Positions 59,967-64,000 of a stretch of DNA of 64,000 nucleotides are shown here, one piece after another. The position numbers were made by a program, and so were the translations under genes. This stretch comes from Candidatus Bathyarchaeota archaeon (GTDB lineage: Archaea > Thermoproteota > Bathyarchaeia > TCS64): contig CAVYVF010000023.1 in assembly GCA_963771885.1 (NCBI GenBank), forward strand, positions 576,001-640,000, read 5' to 3'. The notes under the pieces were generated by a model that saw only the letters and a list, made by a program, of their open reading frames with translations, did not search any database and was not told where the DNA came from. Every line of letters starts with the position of its first letter. The stretch's first letter is position 1.

Positions 59967-60273
59967 ATTAACTATCTCCTATTTTCCCCGTCGGGCTCTA
60001 ATCGAATAACCGAGTTCCCCTATTAAATGTTTGGTATAGTCATGGTTTCCACCGTACCTATGATACAACGTCGAAAAAATATGCCGATTCAGGACGCTCT
60101 AACCCTCAAAAACGTTTATTAGCGAGTTCACGCCCTACATTGCAGCCTCTGCAGGGTCGTGGCTTCTAAGATATGTTCCGAGAAAGAGGAGGGATACCGT
60201 TCGATTAGTAATTCAACCCATATAGAGAGCCGCGCAGCCCTGCAGTCAAACACCCCCCTTGAGGATTGATGTA

Positions 60274-63200
60274 ATGCTTCTCGCAGAGGAAAACAATTGG
60301 GACCTCATGAAGACCTTCTTCGCAGACGAGGGTCTCGTGAAGCAGCACCTCGACAGCTACAACGAGTTTGTCGAGAGGACGCTGCAGCAGATCATCGATG
60401 AGATAGGTGGCATCACGATAGAGGTGCCGAACCACACATACGAGATCAAGTTCGGCAGCATAGAGGTTGGCGACCCCGTCATCACCGAGGTCGACGGGAC
60501 GCAGCGCCCCGTCTACCCACGCGAGGCGAGGATACGTAACCTCACCTACTCGGCGCCGCTCTACCTCGAAATCATGCTCGAAGACGAGGGCAAGGAGACC
60601 TACGAGAAGGTCAACATAGGTGACCTCCCGATAATGGTAAAGTCCAAGCTCTGCCTTCTGAGCCGCCACACCCCCGACGAGATAATGGCTCGCGGGGAAG
60701 ACCCTGAGGAGGTCGGAGGATACTTTATAATCAATGGTTCTGAGCGCGTCATCGTTAGCCTCGAAGACCTAGCGCCCAACCGCGTGCTCGTCGAGATCGA
60801 CGACCGTGGCACAAACCCAGTCTACAGGGGCAAGGTCTTCTCAACAACCGTTGGGTTCCGTGCGAGGATCGAGGCGAACCTTAAGGCGAAGGGCGAGATG
60901 AGCGTCACCATCCCTGGCGTCCCGGTGCCTGTACCCTATGTCGTCCTCATGAGGGCGTTAGGCGTAGAGACCGACAAGATGGTTGCCGACATGGTCAGCC
61001 TGGACACCAAGATACTCGCCGAGCTCGAGCCCAGCTTCCGCGAAGCAGGCAACGTCCACAACAGAGAGGACGCGGTGCTCTACATCGGTAACCGCGTAGC
61101 CTTCGGTCAGGTCAAGGAGTTCCGCATGAAGCGCGCCGAGGCAATCCTCGACCGAAACCTCCTCCCCCACATCGGTAGAGGGGCAGACCAACGTAAGGAC
61201 AAGGCCATCTTCCTCGGAGAGATGTGCGCACGCATCATCGAGCTCAAGCTACAGAAGCGGAAAGAGGACGACAAAGACCACCTCCGCAACAAGCGCATTA
61301 AGCTCGCGGGTCCTCTGCTTGCTGAGCTCTTCCGCAGCGCATTCTGGAGCCTCTACCGCGACATGAGGTACCAGTTCAGGCGGATGAGCACACGCCGCAA
61401 AGGCGTACTCATCAGCGCAGCCGTAAGACCAGGCATAATCACGAGCCGCATCCAACACGCCCTCGCCACTGGGAACTGGCGCAGAGGACGCGTCGGCATG
61501 ACGCAGCTTCTTGACCGCACAAATACGCTCAGCACACTCAGCCACCTACGTAGGCTGCAATCTCCACTCAGTAGGAGCCAGCCAAACTTCGAGGCACGTG
61601 ACCTTCACAGCACACACTGGGGCAGACTATGCCCGAACGAGACACCCGAAGGCGCTAACTGTGGGCTGGTAAAAAACCTCAGCCTAACAGCAAGCGTCTC
61701 CAGCGGCACCGACGCGGACAAGATCAAGCGCACCCTCGAGTTCATGGGAGTCGTCAAGGCAAAGGACGCCGACGATGTGCTCCGCCACGAGGGCGCCAAG
61801 ATATTCGTCGAAGGCTACCTCCTAGGCTACACCACGACGCCCCAGGAACTCGTCCAGAAGGTCAGGGACATGAGGCGCCGCAATGAGATGAGCGGTGAAG
61901 TAAACACCTGCTACTACAAAACCTACAACGAGATCTACGTCAACTGTGACGAGGGACGCATTAGGCGCCCGCTCATCGTCGTCAGCGAGGGCAAGAGCCT
62001 TCTAAAGCAGCGCCACGCCAGGCAGCTCCGCGAGGGGCGCTGGCAGTGGAGCGACCTGGTACGTGAGGGAATAATCGAGTACCTCGACGCCGAGGAGGAG
62101 GAGAACGCCTACGTCGCCATCGACCCCAACAACATCAACAACGACCATACACATCTCGAGATCTGCCCCTTCGCCATCCTGGGCGTAGTTGCCAGTATCA
62201 TCCCGTATCCAGAGCACAACCAATCACCCCGTAACACATACCAGGCAGCCATGGCCAAGCAGGCACCCGGCCTCTACGTACTCAACTACAGGGACCGTAG
62301 CGATACGCGCGGCCACCTCCTACATTATCCACAGAAACCCGCCGTAGGTACCAAACCGATGGAGGTCATCGGCTTCGACAAGAGGCCGAGCGGACAGAAC
62401 TACATCGTAGCAGTGCTGAGCAGCAGCGGCTACAACATGGAGGACGCTATTATCTTCAACAGGGCAGCCGTTGAGCGCGGCCTCGGCCACAGCAGCTTCT
62501 ACCGCATCTACAAGGCGGAGTGCAAACAGTACCTAGGCGGCGCTAAAGACAAGCTCGTCATCCCCGAGGAGGGCATACGCGGCTACCACGGCGCGGAGGC
62601 GTACCGCCAGCTAGAGCACGACGGTCTCATAGCCGACGAGTCCGAGGTAAAAGGCGGAGACATACTCATCGGCCGCACAAGCCCCCCCAGGTTCATGGAG
62701 GAGTACGGCGGCCTAGAGGTCAGAGGACCGCAGCTCCGCGACACCGTCGATCGGCGTACGCCCCACCGAGGAGGGCACCGTAGACGGTGTCTTCATCACC
62801 AAGGACATCGAGGGCAGCCAGCTAGTGAAGGTCAAGGTCAGAAGCAACCGCGTCCCAGAACTCGGCGACAAGTTCGTCAGCCGTCACGGCCAGAAGGGAG
62901 TCATCGGTATGCTCGTAGCACCCGAAGACATGCCTTTCAGCGTCCACGGTACCATCCCAGACATCATCATCAACCCACACGCCTTCCCAAGCCGCATGAC
63001 CGTTGGTCAGTTCATGGAAAGCCTCGCCGGTAAGACCGGAAGCCTCCGCGGCGAGCCGGTCGATGGCACGCCCTTCGACAACGAGGACGCTAAGAGCCTC
63101 GCTGAGTCGCTCATCAAGATGGGCTACCACCCAGGTGGCAAGGAGATCATGTACGACGGCCAGAGCGGACGCATGTTCGAGGCCGACGTATTCGTCGGAG

Positions 63201-63604
63201 TCGTCTACTACCAGAAGCTACACCACATGGTCGTCGACAAGATACACGCACGCGCACGTGGGCAGGTACAGATGCTCACCCGCCAACCCACCGAAGGCCG
63301 CGCAAGAGGCGGAGGCCTCAGGTTCGGAGAGATGGAGCGCGACTGCCTAGTAGGCCACGGTGCCGCCATGCTTCTCAAGGATAGGCTCCTCGAAGAGTCG
63401 GACGCCTACAGCATCTACGTCTGCGAGAAGTGTGGAAAGCAAGCATACTACGACATACGCCAGCGCAAGTACGTCTGCCCAATCTGCGAGAGCAAGGGCG
63501 AGATTGAACCCGTCACCATAAGCTATGCATTCAAACTACTGCTGCAGGAGATGCAGAGTCTCTGCCTATCCCCAAGCCTCCAGCTAACCAAGGAGTTCGA
63601 GTAA
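60274..63604 (+). CDS. rpoB: RNA polymerase subunit Rpo2 (B, unsplit); frameshift near 62745
   Basis: QHLDSYNEF, ARIRNLTY, CPNETPEG, GYNMEDA, GDKFVSRHGQKG, GLRFGEMERDC. Confidence 0.97.
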
Positions 63605-63605
63605 A

Positions 63606-64000
63606 ATGAGCAAGATCATCGACAGCATCAAGTTCGGCCTGCTGCCACCCGACGAGGTCAGGAAGCTCAGCGCCGTCGAGATTCAGACGAGCGACACATA
63701 CGACGAAGACGGCGCGCCTATCGCGGGGGGTCTCATGGACCACCGCCTGGGCACTCTCGAGCCCCGCCAGCGCTGCCAGACCTGTGGAAACATCGCACTA
63801 AACTGCCCAGGCCACTTCGGCCACATCGAACTAGCGGTACCAGTAATACACGTAGAATTCGCTAAGCAGATCTACAGGCTGCTCACCGCCACATGCAGGG
63901 GATGCGGGCGCATACTCCTCCCTGACGAGGGCAACGAGAGCATAACGTCCTTCCAGAGAAAGAGGGAGGAGGACCTCAAACTCTTCGGCAAGGTCACCGA
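63606..64000 (+). CDS. rpoA1: RNA polymerase subunit Rpo1 (A/A'), N-terminal part, runs off window
   Basis: MSKIIDSIKFGLLPP, GGLMDHRLG, CQTCGN...CPGHFGHIELAVPVIH. Confidence 0.95.
   Translation, partial: MSKIIDSIKFGLLPPDEVRKLSAVEIQTSDTYDEDGAPIAGGLMDHRLGTLEPRQRCQTCGNIALNCPGHFGHIELAVPVIHVEFAKQIYRLLTATCRGCGRILLPDEGNESITSFQRKREEDLKLFGKVT

Noticed and set aside
62745..63033. Split rpoB (B''/B')
   Set aside because: The break is a frameshift near 62745 with continuous homology across frames, far from the euryarchaeal split point
1..64000. CRISPR arrays, transposases, viral or defence genes, rRNA
   Set aside because: No repeat-spacer periodicity or recognisable motifs found by eye

Overview
Archaeal chromosomal window (GC-rich, TACK-like gene content: unsplit rpoB, DUF2153, TFB, TFS, Csl4, eIF5A/DHS; a Bathyarchaeia-like lineage is my inference, not a classification result). 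Core genes: TFB, two thermosome subunits, SerRS, tRNA-Ser(GGA), AglB, eIF5A/DHS, SRP54, L21e/Rpo4/DUF655, uL16, Dph2/Csl4/Rpo11/TFS, L37e/Lsm, Rpo2 and the start of Rpo1. Metabolic genes: many peptidases, AOR, ActP, the AcnX+UbiD archaeal mevalonate module, and split MetE+MTHFR. About 20 genes, including essential ones, are broken by single-base indels that look like sequencing error, so many coordinates are reconstructed across frameshifts. I saw no CRISPR array, integrase or transposase. Best leads: (1) a Phr/HSR1-like heat-shock regulator sharing a 28-bp operator with the thermosome operon; (2) an HTH-CBS regulator divergent from a cupin-MTHFR-split MetE operon, with shared palindromes; (3) three structured non-coding elements (29.5 kb, 59.4 kb, rpoB leader); (4) a homologue-like match to eukaryotic PAC4; (5) a C2H2 zinc-finger protein with a histone H1-like tail. 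All family calls come from motif recognition by eye, not database searches.
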